Assembly: GCF_963921235.1 (NCBI RefSeq)
Contig: NC_086108.1
Span: forward strand, 68,760,001-68,824,000
From: Mobula hypostoma
Lineage: Eukaryota
Direction: 5' to 3'
Length of the DNA stretch: 64,000 nucleotides
Shown: positions 51,810 to 64,000 of the stretch, piece by piece
Position numbering within the stretch: the stretch's first letter is position 1
Layout of the letters: every line of letters starts with the position of its first letter
Made by a program: the position numbers and the translations under genes
The notes under the pieces: generated by a model
The model's database searches: none
Told to the model about the DNA's origin: nothing
Seen by the model: only the letters and a program-made list of their open reading frames with translations

Positions 51810-52190
51810 CATCATCATCATTATGTGCCATATCATATGACGTAGGCAATCATGGTCTATGACCATGACTGTTCTTGGCAAATTTTTCTACACAAGTGGT
51901 TTGCTATTGTCTTCTTCTGGGTAGTGTCTTTATAAGATGGGTGACCTCAGCCATCACTAACGATCTTCAGAGATTGTCTGCCTGGCATCAGTAGTCACAT
52001 AACCAGGACTTGTGATATGAACCTGCTGCTCATATGACTATATACCATCTGCTCCCATGGTTTCAAGTGATGCTGACTGGGGGAGCTAAGCAGGTGCTAC
52101 ACCTTGCCCGAGGGTGACCCGCAGGTGAACAGAGGGAAGGAGTGCCCTACATATCCTTTGGTAGAGATGCATCTCCACCCTGCCACCCAA
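51810..52190 (-). mobile_element. SINE-like element with RTE-type tail, (GAT)n end and TSD
   Basis: Flanked by gccaatat at 51802-51809 and 52194-52201; second copy at about 31795-32140. Confidence 0.78.
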
Positions 52191-52558
52191 ACCGCCAATA
52201 TATATTCTCAATTAACATCACTAAAATAGAATATCTGTCAATAGTACATTTGTGGAAGCTTCTGCTAGGCAAATTAAATTGCTGTGTTTTATATATTATA
52301 ACAATTCATGCAATTCAAAAGTAAACTGGGTGTCCTGAGGTGTGAACGGCCTTATTTAAATTCAGCTATTTCAACGTGAGCAAATTTTATTCACATTCAC
52401 ATGAGTCAAGCTGTTGATGTGAAGACATAACATTGATTTATTAATTATTCATAGTGTCAACAACAGCCAGGCCATGAGTTTATTACAAGCAACCATACCA
52501 ATAAAGTTGAAGTGGTTTATTTAAAAAAATGTGAACTGAAAGGAATACTACAAAATAT

Positions 52559-52678
52559 TAAGACCATAAGACATAGGAACAGAATCAGGTGATTCAGCCC
52601 ATCGAGTTTGCTCTGTTATTTCATCATGGCTCATCCATTTCCCTCTCAGCTCCATACTCCTGCCTTGTCCCCATAATC
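52559..52678 (-). mobile_element. CR1 3' end fragment (target of the hAT insertion)
   Basis: taagaccataagacataggaacagaatcagg; continues briefly after 53418. Confidence 0.8.
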
Positions 52679-53418
52679 CAGCGGTCCCCACCACCGGGCC
52701 GCAAGGAAACAATATGAGTCAGCTGCACCTTTCCTCATTCCCTGTCACGCACTGTTGAACTTGAACATAGGGTTGCCAACTGTCCCGTATTTGCCAGGAC
52801 ATCCCGTATATTGGGCTAAATTGGTTTGTCCCATACTGGTCCACCCTTGCCCCGTATTTCCCCCACTAAGGTAGAGCGTTCCCATGAAACCTTTCGTGCC
52901 AAAATGGCGTGAAGTGAAGAAGCAATTACCATTAATTTATATTGGAAAATTTTTTGAGCATTCCCAGACCCAAAAAATAACCTAACAAATCATACCAAAT
53001 AACACATAAAACCAAAAATAAATAACACTAACATATAGTAAAAGCCGGAATTATATGATAAATACACAGCCTATGTAATGTAGAAATAATGTATGTACAG
53101 TGTAGTTGGGAAGATGAAGGCAAAACCGATTTCTGGGGAAAAAATCGGCACGATACACATGTACACACAGGTGCCCGCACAAGGCTTCATGGTCATGGCA
53201 GCCTTTCCTGGGGTAAAGTGTCCCGGGACTTGACTGCTACTTTTGTCCCTTATTTGGGAGTGAGAAAGTTGGCAACCCTAACTGTAAAAGACATACTGAG
53301 GTGAGTTTACCCCTACTTGAACAACACCACCTACCCCCACCCCTACCCCCAGTCGAGTCTGCAAGAATATTGTCAATATTAAACCGGTCCGTGGTGCGAG
53401 AAAGGTTGGGGACCCCTG
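52679..53418. mobile_element. Non-autonomous hAT (Charlie-like) element, 740 bp, containing a second hAT MITE
   Basis: TIR cagcggtcccca / tggggacccctg; 8-bp TSD ccataatc (52671-78) / ccataacc (53419-26). Confidence 0.9.
52768..53315. mobile_element. Nested hAT MITE with TAGGGTTGCCAACT TIRs
   Basis: TIRs at 52768-52781 and 53267-53280; perfect 8-bp repeat cttgaaca at 52760-67 and 53316-23. Confidence 0.88.
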
Positions 53419-53437
53419 CCATAACCTTTCATGCCCT

Positions 53438-53842
53438 GGCTGTACTTCTACTCCCCGAGTACAGGCAGAGACTGAAGACTGCAGCACTAATAGTGAGGAC
53501 AAATAAGGTTTGGACAAGGGAAGCACAGCAGCACTTACAGAACTGCTTTGAATTAGTGATCTGGACCGTATTCAGGGATTCATCTTCAAATCTGGGTGAG
53601 TATGCTGCAGTTGTTACTGACTTCATTAAAACCTGCGTGGATGAGTATGTGCCTACAAAGACTTGCTGTACATTCCCAAACCAAAAGCTGTGGATGAACC
53701 AGGAGGTATGTCGCCTGCTAAAGGCTAGATCTGTGGCAGTCAAGGGTGGTGACGCAGGTCTGTACCAGAAAACCAGGTATGATTTGTGGAGGGCTATTTC
53801 AAAGGTGAAGAGACAATTTCAAATGAGGTTGAAGGTGACATC
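53438..53842 (+). mobile_element. Rex1/Babar-like internal fragment, same family as 12661-13338
   Basis: AVLLLPEYRQRLK...LQNCFE..W..F...FPNQKLWMNQEV; nucleotide-level similarity to 12661-12850. Confidence 0.88.
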
Positions 53843-53879
53843 ATTTTCAATTTTGTCCCTCTTTTACACTGCAACCCAC

Positions 53880-54312
53880 TGATTTCCATTTTGCGTTATC
53901 ATCTGCCGGTATTTCCTGATGGTCTCATTATTCAGTCTCTGCTTGTAAACCAACATCGCTATACTCAATCCTATCACTTCGGTTCCCATCCACCTGTCAA
54001 ATTAGCTAAACCCTCGCAATAGCTCTCACAAACCTGCCCACAGGATATTGGTCTCCCTCAGGTTCATGTGTATCCTGTCCTTTTCATACAAGTCGTACCT
54101 TCCACAGAAAAGATCCCAATGATCCAAAAAGCTGAAACCTTGCCCCCTGCACCAGTTCCTCAGCCACACATTTATATGTCAAATCATGCTATCCTTGCCC
54201 TCACTGGCGAGTGGCACAGGCAACAATCCAGAGATCATTACCCTGGAGGTCCTGCTTTCAGCTTTCTACCTAGCTCTCTAAATTCTCTCTTTCGGACCTC
54301 CTATCTTTTCCT
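53880..54312 (-). mobile_element. CR1 ORF1-region remnant
   Basis: Colinear with 28140-28490 (caggatattggtctccctc.g.ttca; gagat.a.taccct.gaggtcctg). Confidence 0.75.
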
Positions 54313-54999
54313 TAACAAGATTAGCCAAAGTAATCTTTAGAGCTTAATGGAATACATATTTTACTGAAGATGTCAAATAGAAACATTTAGACAGGAAACT
54401 GTTATATTTCTCATACGTTATATATTTTTGCTTCTCTAATTTTTACATTGGATAATTTCCCAGGACAGTGGGAGAACATTGTAGCTCTCAAAAGTCATAC
54501 TTCAGCCATGCAAGAGGATTATAGAACCTTACAGAAGCACTGAATCAGTTCTCCTGACCTAATTGGGAACAGTTTTCAAAAACACATTGCAGGATCTGAG
54601 CACCCACAAGCCTTTGCAGAACCCTACCTGGTCCAGATGCAAGTGGCATACATTCCTGCCCAGAAGCATTCTGGATCTTAGCAGCATAGCCTCCCACAGT
54701 ATAGTGAGGCGACTCCTCCCCAAAAACATTCAACAACTTTGAGAGCCAACAAAGACCCTGACCAATTTCAATTGCTACCAAATCTTTCAGTATTCGCAAA
54801 ATATTTAAAATTCAGACATTTGAACACACTTGAAAATGAAATAAATGATTAATAACTATCTGTATTTGTAAATACAAAATAAATTAGATAAAACTGCATA
54901 AACACTATTAGCCAAAACCAAAATAGTTTTAAAAACATTCCGCATTCTCCTTTGGTCTCTTTGCTGGAGCCCGGTAATACAATGAAACCCTGTACCTGG

Positions 55000-56250
55000 C
55001 ACAAGATCCACAAAATAAATTGCTGAGGAACCTCACAAGATTGAGCTCTGCCAATCAGTGTTGTGAGGCCAAAGGTAAGTTCAGGACTTCAGTGTTTGAC
55101 AATGTGTATCTGGTAGAAACAATGTAATATTCTTGCTTGGTTCGTAGCAGATAGTACTTAGTAGTACAGGAGTGCTTGGTGACATCAGCTCCAGGTGTGT
55201 GGATTTGTGGGATCAATTCAGATAAGTGGTAAACATATCATCCACAGCACCGTCAATAGTAAAGGGGATTTGAGGGATCATGCGATAATCCATTCACTGC
55301 AGCATACCCACCCTCTTAGTGACACTTTATTCACATGACTTGCTCATTTAGTCTTCTGTATAATAAAAATTCCCAGGAAGATTACGGTAAGAAAGTTAGT
55401 GCTGATGGAAAGTCAGTTGGGGTATTGTTTCTTGAAAAAGCCAATGTCCAATCCTGATAAATGGGAATACCAGAAAGGCAACTGCACTTCAAATAGATAA
55501 GTTACCAAGTCCAGGTTGGTTGTACCCTAAGTGGCTGCAAAGACAAAATTACAGAAACCTTAGCCATAGTCTTCCAAATATTGATAGATTACAATGCCCA
55601 AGGATTGGTAAATTGAAAATGCTACAACCCTGTTCAAAAAAAAAATGCACAGGGATTAACCAAGTAACTACAGACCAATCAGATTAATCTCCAAAATGCG
55701 GAAGATTCTAAAAACAATAATCTGGGACAAAAAGCACGACAAACTCAGCGGGTTGAGCAACATTGTGGGTGAAAAGGAATTGTTGATATTTTGAGTTGAG
55801 GCCCTGTATCAGGACTGATAACAGAGGGGGAAAATAACCAGTATAAAGAGGAGAAGTAGCGGATGTGGGACAGTGGCCAGTAGATAACAAGTGGACAGAC
55901 AAGGGTGAAGGATGATGGGTAGATGGAGCCAGTTAGACAGAGGAAAAGGTGAAGTTGAGAGATACAGACGGGAGGGTGATAGGTGGAAGTAGAAAAGGAA
56001 AAGAAAGCAGATGGAGCCAGGTGTAAGGGGGAGGGGAGAGTTGGCAGGGGGAATGGGTATAAGGATTAGAAGAATGATTAAGAAATATTTTTCCCACAGG
56101 GCGTACCACTTGAGAAGGTGGCAAAGTCAGAAACCCATAACACAATTAAAAGGGGGCTGATGTGTGCATAAGACACCCACGACCAGTGCTGGGAGGTAGG
56201 ATTAGGCTGAGAAGCACTCTTCTCCACTGGCATTGAGAAGTTCACTGAAA
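55000..56250 (+). mobile_element. Eroded CR1 pieces with a Penelope-like insert (about 55710-56070)
   Basis: Remnants such as NATTLFKK and NYRPIRLIS near 55610-55690, and a 3' UTR-like segment at 56070-56250. Confidence 0.55.
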
Positions 56251-56614
56251 GGCAAATAAACTCTTCTCAGACTTCCTGCCTGTACCAGGCTGGAAGACCG
56301 ATAAGAGTTTATTTGTAATATTTGTCATATACACTGGGAAAGCAATAGATCCTTTTTCATTGAAAGGCCTTCTCCCTCAACATAAATTTCTATGATTATA
56401 CTGCATACAGAAATCATGTAGCTTACAAACTCTCTATCAGACAGCTATCCAAGGATATTGACACAACACTCATACATAAAACATGCAAGAACAATATTAA
56501 AGCTAATATACAGAATTAAAACTGGGAATATAAAAAATACTGAAAGGCCATCTTATTTTCAAGTGTTCAGTAATAAATATTATATTGAAATCAGAAAAGC
56601 AAAATGTTTGTTAC

Positions 56615-56710
56615 CTCTTCAGATTGCTCTCGGGTTTGTGTAGGTGACGGCCTTTTACTAACTGTTAGTCGATGGCAGGGATAATTGAGTCCAGCAGCAG
56701 CTAAAGTAAC
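56615..56710 (-). CDS. FAF1: FAF1 internal coding exon (96 nt, phase 0-0): VTLAAAGLNYPCHRLTVSKRPSPTQTREQSEE
   Basis: Minus strand reads ttttttacag|GTT...GAAGAG|gtaac. The peptide matches my recollection of vertebrate FAF1 (LAESGLSYPCHRLTVGRRSSPAQTREQSEE). It lies within ORF 56591..56806. Confidence 0.96.
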
Positions 56711-57544
56711 CTGTAAAAAACAGTCCAGAGTAACACTCAATAAAGAAAAATACTGTGCAGCTAAATTTACAGATATACCATAGCAAAGTTTTCCCACTTC
56801 AGTCAAAAATATATTAATTATTCCAAATTTTTGTTTTCACCATTACAAATCACTAGTTCAGTCTCAATTACAGTTTAATACATAATTTGGTTCATATATT
56901 TCAGAAAAATGCTAGGTATTAGTGATTTATTGGCGTGGCACTCAAGCAACCAATGCAAGTTCTAGTTGATGCAATTATACAGTAATAATATTCAATACTG
57001 AATCCAAGTTACTATAGTTTATTTTTCATATTCTAACCCAGTTTATGAAAAATTCTACATTAATCCAAAACTACAAAAACAATATATATATTTTTAACAT
57101 TACATGAAAAAGTAACAAATATGCAAGGTTCAGTCATTATTACAAAATAGATCTAAGGAATGCATGTATGCATTTACAACCTCAGTTCTAGTGAAGTCAG
57201 TGTGTCGGCTTCGTCTCACCTGAAATTACTTAAATTACAATAAATATAAAATAACTAAGGAACGAGAAGGAAAAAAATGCTAGGATTTATGACATATGTA
57301 GCTACAAAGGCAGTCCTATTTTCTCTTCTTTAGGCCATGCAAAGTCTGTCAATTTTGATTAGGAAATGTCTAAAATCTATTTGAAGAACACCTTCAACAT
57401 ACAAATACAAATGTAGTTTTACATGTTAGTGCTGACATCCTTTTCTGTATAATACTTTAGCTTGAATGGTGAAAATTCAGCTCCAAATATACTACAATTT
57501 AGTCATTACATATTGATATCCTTGTACCAATATTCAGCTATTTA

Positions 57545-58500
57545 CTAACAAGAGATTCTACAGATGCTGAAAATCTTAAGCAACACATACAAATGCTGGA
57601 GGAACACAATAAGACAGGCAGCATCTATGGAGGAGAATAAACAGCCAATGTTTTGGGCTGAGTACCACCACAAGGACTGGAAAGGAAGGGGACAAAAACC
57701 AGAATAAGGTAGCGGGAGGGGAAGGTGTACAAGCTGGCTGGTGATAGGTGAGACCAGCTGAGGGGACAAAATAGATAGATGATGGAGGAATGAAGTTAGA
57801 AGCTGGGAGGAGATAGGTGGAAGAGGTAAAGGACTGAAGGAGAAGAAATCTAATAGGACAGTGGACCACAGAAGAAAAGAAAGGAGAGGAACAAGGAGGA
57901 GGTGATGGGCAGATGAGAAGGAATGAGAGGACAACCAGAATTGTGAATGTTAAAAAAGAGAAGAATTGCAGACTTGTAGGTAAAGTGTTATCTCACCTGG
58001 AAGGACTGTTTGGGGTCTTGAATGGTGATGAAGGAGGAGGTACAAGGGTAGAAGTAGCACTTGCCACACTTGTAAGGATAAGTGCCAAGTGGACAAGCAC
58101 ACCTCGTATTGTGTGATCCCTACAGAAAGCCAGGGGTTGGTGAAGATGTGCTTGGTAATAAGATATCTGCTGGAGATGACATAAATTTATAGAGAATGAT
58201 GTTTTGGATACAGAGGCTCATAAAGTGGAAGGCAGGGACAAGGGGAAGCCTATTCCTGTTGTGATGGCGGGAGGACGCGTGTGAGGGCAGCATTGATAGC
58301 AGTGAAGGGGAACTCCATTCACTGAAAAAAGGGACTCAGACATTCTATAATGAAAAGCCTCATACTGAGAACAGATGCAGTGGAGACGGAGGAATTGAGA
58401 GAAGGGAGTTACATTTTTACAAGTGAAAGAGTGTGAAGAGGTATAATTAAAATAACTGCAAGAGTCAGGAGGTTTGTGAAAGATGTCAGTAGATAAATCT
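57545..58500 (-). mobile_element. Penelope-like fragment
   Basis: Terminal repeat cagatgctgaaaatc...aaatgctggaggaac, a purine-rich tract and eroded coding-like sequence. Confidence 0.65.
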
Positions 58501-60250
58501 GTTGTTTAGCTTGTCCTTGTTGACTAGGCTGCTAGCAATCCTGCAGTTAAATTTAGCGCTCAGTGACATAGACATCTAGACGAAATTATCAAATGGCATA
58601 TCACCTTGAGCAGGACCTGAAGATCAAGTGCATGTTACTTGCAGATCAGTTCTGTGGGTTCTGAAGTAGCTGATGAAGCCAATGTAGGATATGTGGACTT
58701 GCCACAGGTGGACATGAAGCACTTGATGGGGCTGTGAGAAGATATCTTCATTCACTTAGAAAAGTGTAGGGATAATGATACAGATTCACTTGACACCTGT
58801 ATACAGACAGATTGGTCCTATTGTGGATCTATTGCATGCTGTTGTGTAGCAGACATAAGATGGGAGAAGAATTTCTGCAGGCATCCAGATATGAGAAGCA
58901 AATTCCAAAGACTCTCCTATTGAGAGAGTTGGAGGTCTTTGACATGTCAAAAAAGACAATATTAGTGCTGCTCCCTATTTTTGCCTTGAATTGACAAATG
59001 GAGATTGTGCCCATCCTGCCTCAAAGTTCAAGGCAGACAAAGATGGTCTTGACAATGACTTTTCCCAATGTAATTCAGCAGAATAATCTCTAAATGCTGG
59101 ACTGTCTTCATTCTCCAAGGTCGTACTTATGTCATCTCTATGTTTCCTAAAATGTCCTTTTCTTCCCGGATTTGGAAAATTAAGTTGTGAATTTGTGACA
59201 AAATACTTGGACTACGAACTTGTTAAAACCAATAAGCTATATACAATAAGATATCAACAAGACATTTTGGTAACTCCCCTGAATCAGGCACTGTCCAAGC
59301 TGAAAATTGTAAGGATCTCGTACATCATTTCCTGCATCACATCAGGTAGCAATGACTGTTGAAGTTAACATATTTCATGACATATGCTGGTGTTAATAAA
59401 CCTGATTCTGAACTAAGCACCACCAATCTTCTGTTATGCTCATTAGCCTAGCCCTAAAACAATGATAGCAATGAAAATGGCACTGTAAGGAAATCTTTGT
59501 TAAATTCGCAAGGATTCCACAAGGACTATGTCTCAAAGACAACCTGATGACTTGCAGGAAACAAGAGCTGCTTGTAAACTTTCCTGAAGTTCAGTGTAAT
59601 TTGTGTCTGTGAATGTACTTGTGGATTCTCCACCTGAAGCACATACTCTGGGTTGATGTGTTACTTCAATGACAAATGCAAGACATTCCTGAATTGGAAT
59701 TCCACATCTCCAGGAACATCTGAGGCAAGGCCCAGCAAAAATCCTTCCACCTACATAAAATTTTGAGCTTATGCAGTGCACAGAGATTCAGCATCTTGCT
59801 GATAACCACATCATGCACTGATTATTCAGTGCTATTAACGTCATTCATGGCCACCATGCACTGAGAGCCATGAATGGAGATGAACTCTTATCAAGGACAA
59901 AGAGGCACTTCTAAGAAATCTTCAACTGTGCTTCTTTGCTTGGTATGAATGCTCTTGACTCTATCACACAAAAAAAATTGTGCAGGCTAGCTCACCCCCA
60001 CTCATGACTGACAAAGAAGTTCAGAAGGCCAAATGCTAACTGAAGGAGGTTTTCAGCAGCAAATCGTATTCTCCAGTTCTATTGAAATTCTAAACCTCAG
60101 AGGAATTTCAGTCAATAATTCACAGTTAACAGACACATAGGACATCCCAAGATATCCTGAAGACTTTCTAGGCACTTATCAAACAAATGTTGAAATAAAT
60201 CATAACTGAGAAAGCAAAAGAAGGCACCATTATCCTCTTTAATGTTAATT
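58500..60250 (-). mobile_element. Ancient RTE-clade LINE remnant(s)
   Basis: Eroded RTE-like C-terminal and RT segments (e.g. LNRRVFGICFSYLDACR); no intact frame. Confidence 0.45.
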
Positions 60251-62937
60251 GAAACCTGTTGCCATCAACTGCCTTTTTTCACATCCGTAAATCTCTAAGA
60301 AATTCAGCTCTTCAGCAATCTGTTTATCATATTTTCATAAATCTCCCTCCCCCACTGCAGCTTCTCATGATTACAGATCGGAACAAAAATGTGTCCCATT
60401 GAGTCAAGGTGTAATATACATGTTTAGCTATTCAATTTCCATTTGTTGCATTAATTAACAGGTAGACAGTAATCAGTATATTTAAACAAATCAGCTAGGA
60501 TACTAAGGGATTAATTAAAATAAAGACACCACACTGTCAATATATTATTCTAACACATGGTTGTAATGTTGAAGACAGCCTAACTTACAAATATAATACA
60601 TGCAAAAATGATTTTAAAAGTGCTTACATAGAACATTTTAGTGGATATTATGAAGCAGTTAGAATGCCAGTTCAGTAATTGAATGGGGAATTGTTTATTT
60701 CTGTGTTTCCAGATTTCAGGTTCCAAAGTGATTTATCGTGGAGACAGCCACTAATAAAGTTAAAACAGAATAACTTGTTTTACTTTAATTGCCTTTATGA
60801 AACCCATAAGGCAAAGTAAATCCTATGTGGCCAAGCCAAGACAAACATATTAAGTTTCTAGGATAATAAACAAGATGGTTAATTATGGCGGCAATGATAA
60901 TTCAGTAAAATAAACTCTGACTCTGCAGTATATTGTGAGTTCTACAGGCACCCAAGTCCAGACTAACATAATTAAACAATGGTGAATAAGCTTATTATAC
61001 TGATTTATTACAGTCACATAAACAGTATTTTTTCCATAAAACATTAGCATGTGATACTATTCTCTTGATTTGGATTTACAGAAGAGTGGAGATATTGACA
61101 AATTAGGAAAGGTATAACTGCACGGAATATTTTAAGAGTTGAGTTACACATTTCTTTTTAAATATTGTCCGCAAAATATTTATGTTCCAAATGCCTAAAT
61201 TACTGTGCACATTTCACTTTGGAACAATTTGCTTTTATTTTGCTAATTTAACATTGTGAGATATCTCAAAGCACTTCACAGTGAAGCAAGAAAACAAATT
61301 TTGATGTAAAAATATGTATTCATAGAACCTCAAAACAGATCAATCATACTTATGAACAAACTGCATAGGCCTATGTAAAAGATCTTTAAAATTCTATTTA
61401 ATTTAGTAAACACTCCAGTTCAAATGTTGCAATTTTGAATCATAATTTATCATAATCAATTTATGTGTTTTGAAAAGAAAGTCATTATCAGCTGTCAACT
61501 GCCTAATTTATACTGTGACAAGAATAAAGACACAGAAAATGCTATAGAAGACAAACCTGCCTAAACTGGAATGTTACAACATTTTCATCTGAGTTAAAAT
61601 ACTTTGGTCAAAGCAATTTTGAAAAGTTTGCCCACAATTAAATGGGAAGTTAGATTGTTATATTCACGTACAAATTGGATGTCAAAGACAGACATGCTGG
61701 TCCAGAGCAATTATCTTGGATAACCTAGTGTAAATACCACAAAGACTGTAAGCTGTACCCAAGAGGCAATATTGTACTTAAATAACGTGAATTTCAGGCT
61801 CCTGCATTCTTATATAAACATTGAGATAAAGCTTTGACACATAATAGACTAAAAAGATAATTTATTGCTCTTAAAATACAAGTATTCCAAACTTAAGATT
61901 CACATATACCAGTTTAGAATATTTGGTTTGAAAATATTAGTTCCAGCTATTTTCTATATAATCTCTTCAAATACAATCAATTTTTCTACTGAACATACGT
62001 AGAAAAAAATATTTTGGGGATATATATTCTTGGAACGCCTGCAATGATTAACTGGATAACATTCTTGCCTTTGCTTAAAGGTTGTTAGGTCGAGTGCCAC
62101 TCCAGAGACTTAAATAAAAAAGTCTAGACAGATGATCCAGTGCAGTTCCACTATACTGTTCTATATACTACCTTTGATTACACATCTGCTTTCTTAGACA
62201 AATATAAAAGATCTCATGGCACAACTTTGGAAAACGATGAGTGGAGTCTCCCCAGCGTCCTGCCCAATATTTATCCTTCAGATAATAGGACTAAGGGAAA
62301 ACCTCAACGCTGTTTCTGGGTGTTTTTGACGTGTCAACTGCATTGTAGGAAACACTGCAGCCAATGGCTGCATTCAGAAGCATCTGAATAAGCAAGGTAG
62401 AAAAAAAAACAAGATGATCATTTCCAGTGTGTATTTCAGAAAACCTCTTGTAAAGTATATTTACGTCAGTAGTTAGTCAAGACAGGATTGGATTATACCC
62501 AACAATGTTGGGACTTCTGGTTGAATTAACATGTCAGAAGCCTCATATGAACAATATCATTTGGGAAAAACACTTAAACTTTTGATAATTGAAGAACTAC
62601 ATTGTACCCTGAAAATAGAGATCATTTTTGAAAAGGTCATCAATTACAGTGGATAAAATAGCATAGTACATATATTAACTGTATTTAATATGGTTCTGTA
62701 ACTGGATATGACAGCATTTTTCTCCATTGCAAACATTGCAAAATGTTAAAATACTGTACAACAGCATTAGTTATATTTTCCCTACATCTATATACAAATT
62801 TTATAAATCTCTTTTTTATCATGTTGTCCATGGTGTGCCTCATAGATCATGTGGTTTAAGAGTGATACAATTCAATGATCCAAAAGCATCTTTTTATGCT
62901 GAGCAGTTAAGAGGATAAGACCTTATTTTTTCTTCTT

Positions 62938-63186
62938 ATCATCATCATCATCATCATCAGGTGCCATGCCCAGTTTGAGCTTTGACTGCCATGGCCCACA
63001 CACTCCTGTTTCGGGTCAAGTGGATCAATTCATTGGTACCCCTTTCATTTCTAGTTCTCTGGCTGCTGTCTCCATCATCATTTGTCTTTGCCTTCCTCTT
63101 GCTTTCTTCCATTCAATCTTTCCCATAATTACCGTACATTCTAACTCCTCTTTCGTAATCACATGTCCAATGAAGTCACGTTGCTT
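62938..63186 (-). mobile_element. RTE-clade LINE 3' end with (GAT)n tail
   Basis: Minus strand translates QRDFIGHVITKEELECTVIMGKIEWKKARGRQRQ, the RTE C-terminal GH...GKIEG.R.RGR motif. Confidence 0.85.
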
Positions 63187-63576
63187 TTTTTTTCGTATAC
63201 ACTGAAGTTTAATGCCTCATCGGAAATGTTCATTTGTTAAAAACCAAACTGATGAAGATCACAAGCCAAAACCCTTCTTTGTCTACTTGTCTACCACTGA
63301 CACTACTTTAGGCAACTGTGTACTTACCCTCCTTTGTACCTCTGTTCTTCAACACTCCCCAACACCCTACCATTCACTGTGAAAGTTCTACCCTGGTTTG
63401 ACTTCACAAAGTGCAACAGTTGATGCAGCCCCAATTTATCCACCTTAATAAGCCTTTAACACCACCAGTATCACTTTGTAAATAACCTCTCCTTATGGAC
63501 ATACAATCAGTGTATAAAAACTATCTTATGCATCGATATTTATTATGTTTAAATTTTTACTGTTTTTTTTATCTTA

Positions 63577-63946
63577 CAGGAGTCAAACTGGACACACTGG
63601 AGGCCATGGTAGAATAAAAGACCCTATGGAAAATCCTGGCAATTCTGGACATTTCTCACCCCCTGCATGCCACCTTGGCTGAACAGAGGAGCACTTTTAG
63701 TAACAGACTAAGATAACTGCTCTGCTCCAAAGAGTGCTATATGAGGTCATTCTTACCCTTGGCCATTAGGCTCTATAATGAGTCAACCTATAGCTGGGGA
63801 AGTGATAACACCCTCCTTTTAGACTGTTTGAGGTAACTTAGTTTTTATTCTTTCTGACCTCTTCTAATATTTGGATATCTGTGCACTTGTAATGCTACTG
63901 TGATACTGTAATTTCCTTTGGGATCAATAAAGTACCTATCTATCTC
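63577..63946 (+). mobile_element. Rex1/Babar-like 3' fragment related to 50115-50662
   Basis: GVKLDTLEAMVE...HPLH...RSFLPLAIRLYNEST; tail gggatcaataaagtacctatctatct. Confidence 0.85.
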
Positions 63947-64000
63947 ATTGTGTTTTTTGTGCTGCATCGAAGTGGAGCAACAATTATTTTCTTCTTTACA

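Noticed and set aside
53301..53882. 193-aa ORF with a proline-rich start
   Set aside because: Chance fusion of a hAT MITE end, a few CR1 bases and a Rex1-like fragment; no ATG start or gene structure.
56591..56806. 71-aa ORF as a standalone gene
   Set aside because: Only 56615-56710 is coding (a FAF1 exon); the rest is read-through into intron.

Overview
This window is AT-rich vertebrate genomic DNA, most likely from a cartilaginous fish (shark or ray); that assignment is inferred from the HE1/V-SINE-like, CR1, Rex1/Babar and Penelope-like repeat content. The whole window lies inside one minus-strand host gene, FAF1 (FAS-associated factor 1). I read five internal coding exons directly from the sequence: 56615-56710, 47325-47448, 45517-45580, 41793-41874 and 22107-22261. 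All have AG/GT boundaries and splice in frame across the UBL2-end/linker/UAS region. The rest is intron, roughly half of it transposon-derived: CR1 LINEs (one young copy with an intact RT frame), Rex1/Babar-like, RTE and Penelope-like fragments, three Tc1 elements, mariner, pogo and hAT MITEs, probable solo LTRs and SINEs, often nested. Several repeat-free, homeodomain/Sox-motif-rich stretches are candidate conserved enhancers. I found no evidence for a new protein-coding system. The most unusual items are a 623-bp fold-back mariner derivative with five TIR copies, a hAT-in-hAT insertion that apparently used a cryptic end, an exact 62-bp templated duplication, RTE-tailed SINEs and the enhancer candidates. 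Repeat family names come from motif recognition, not database searches, and most repeat boundaries are approximate.
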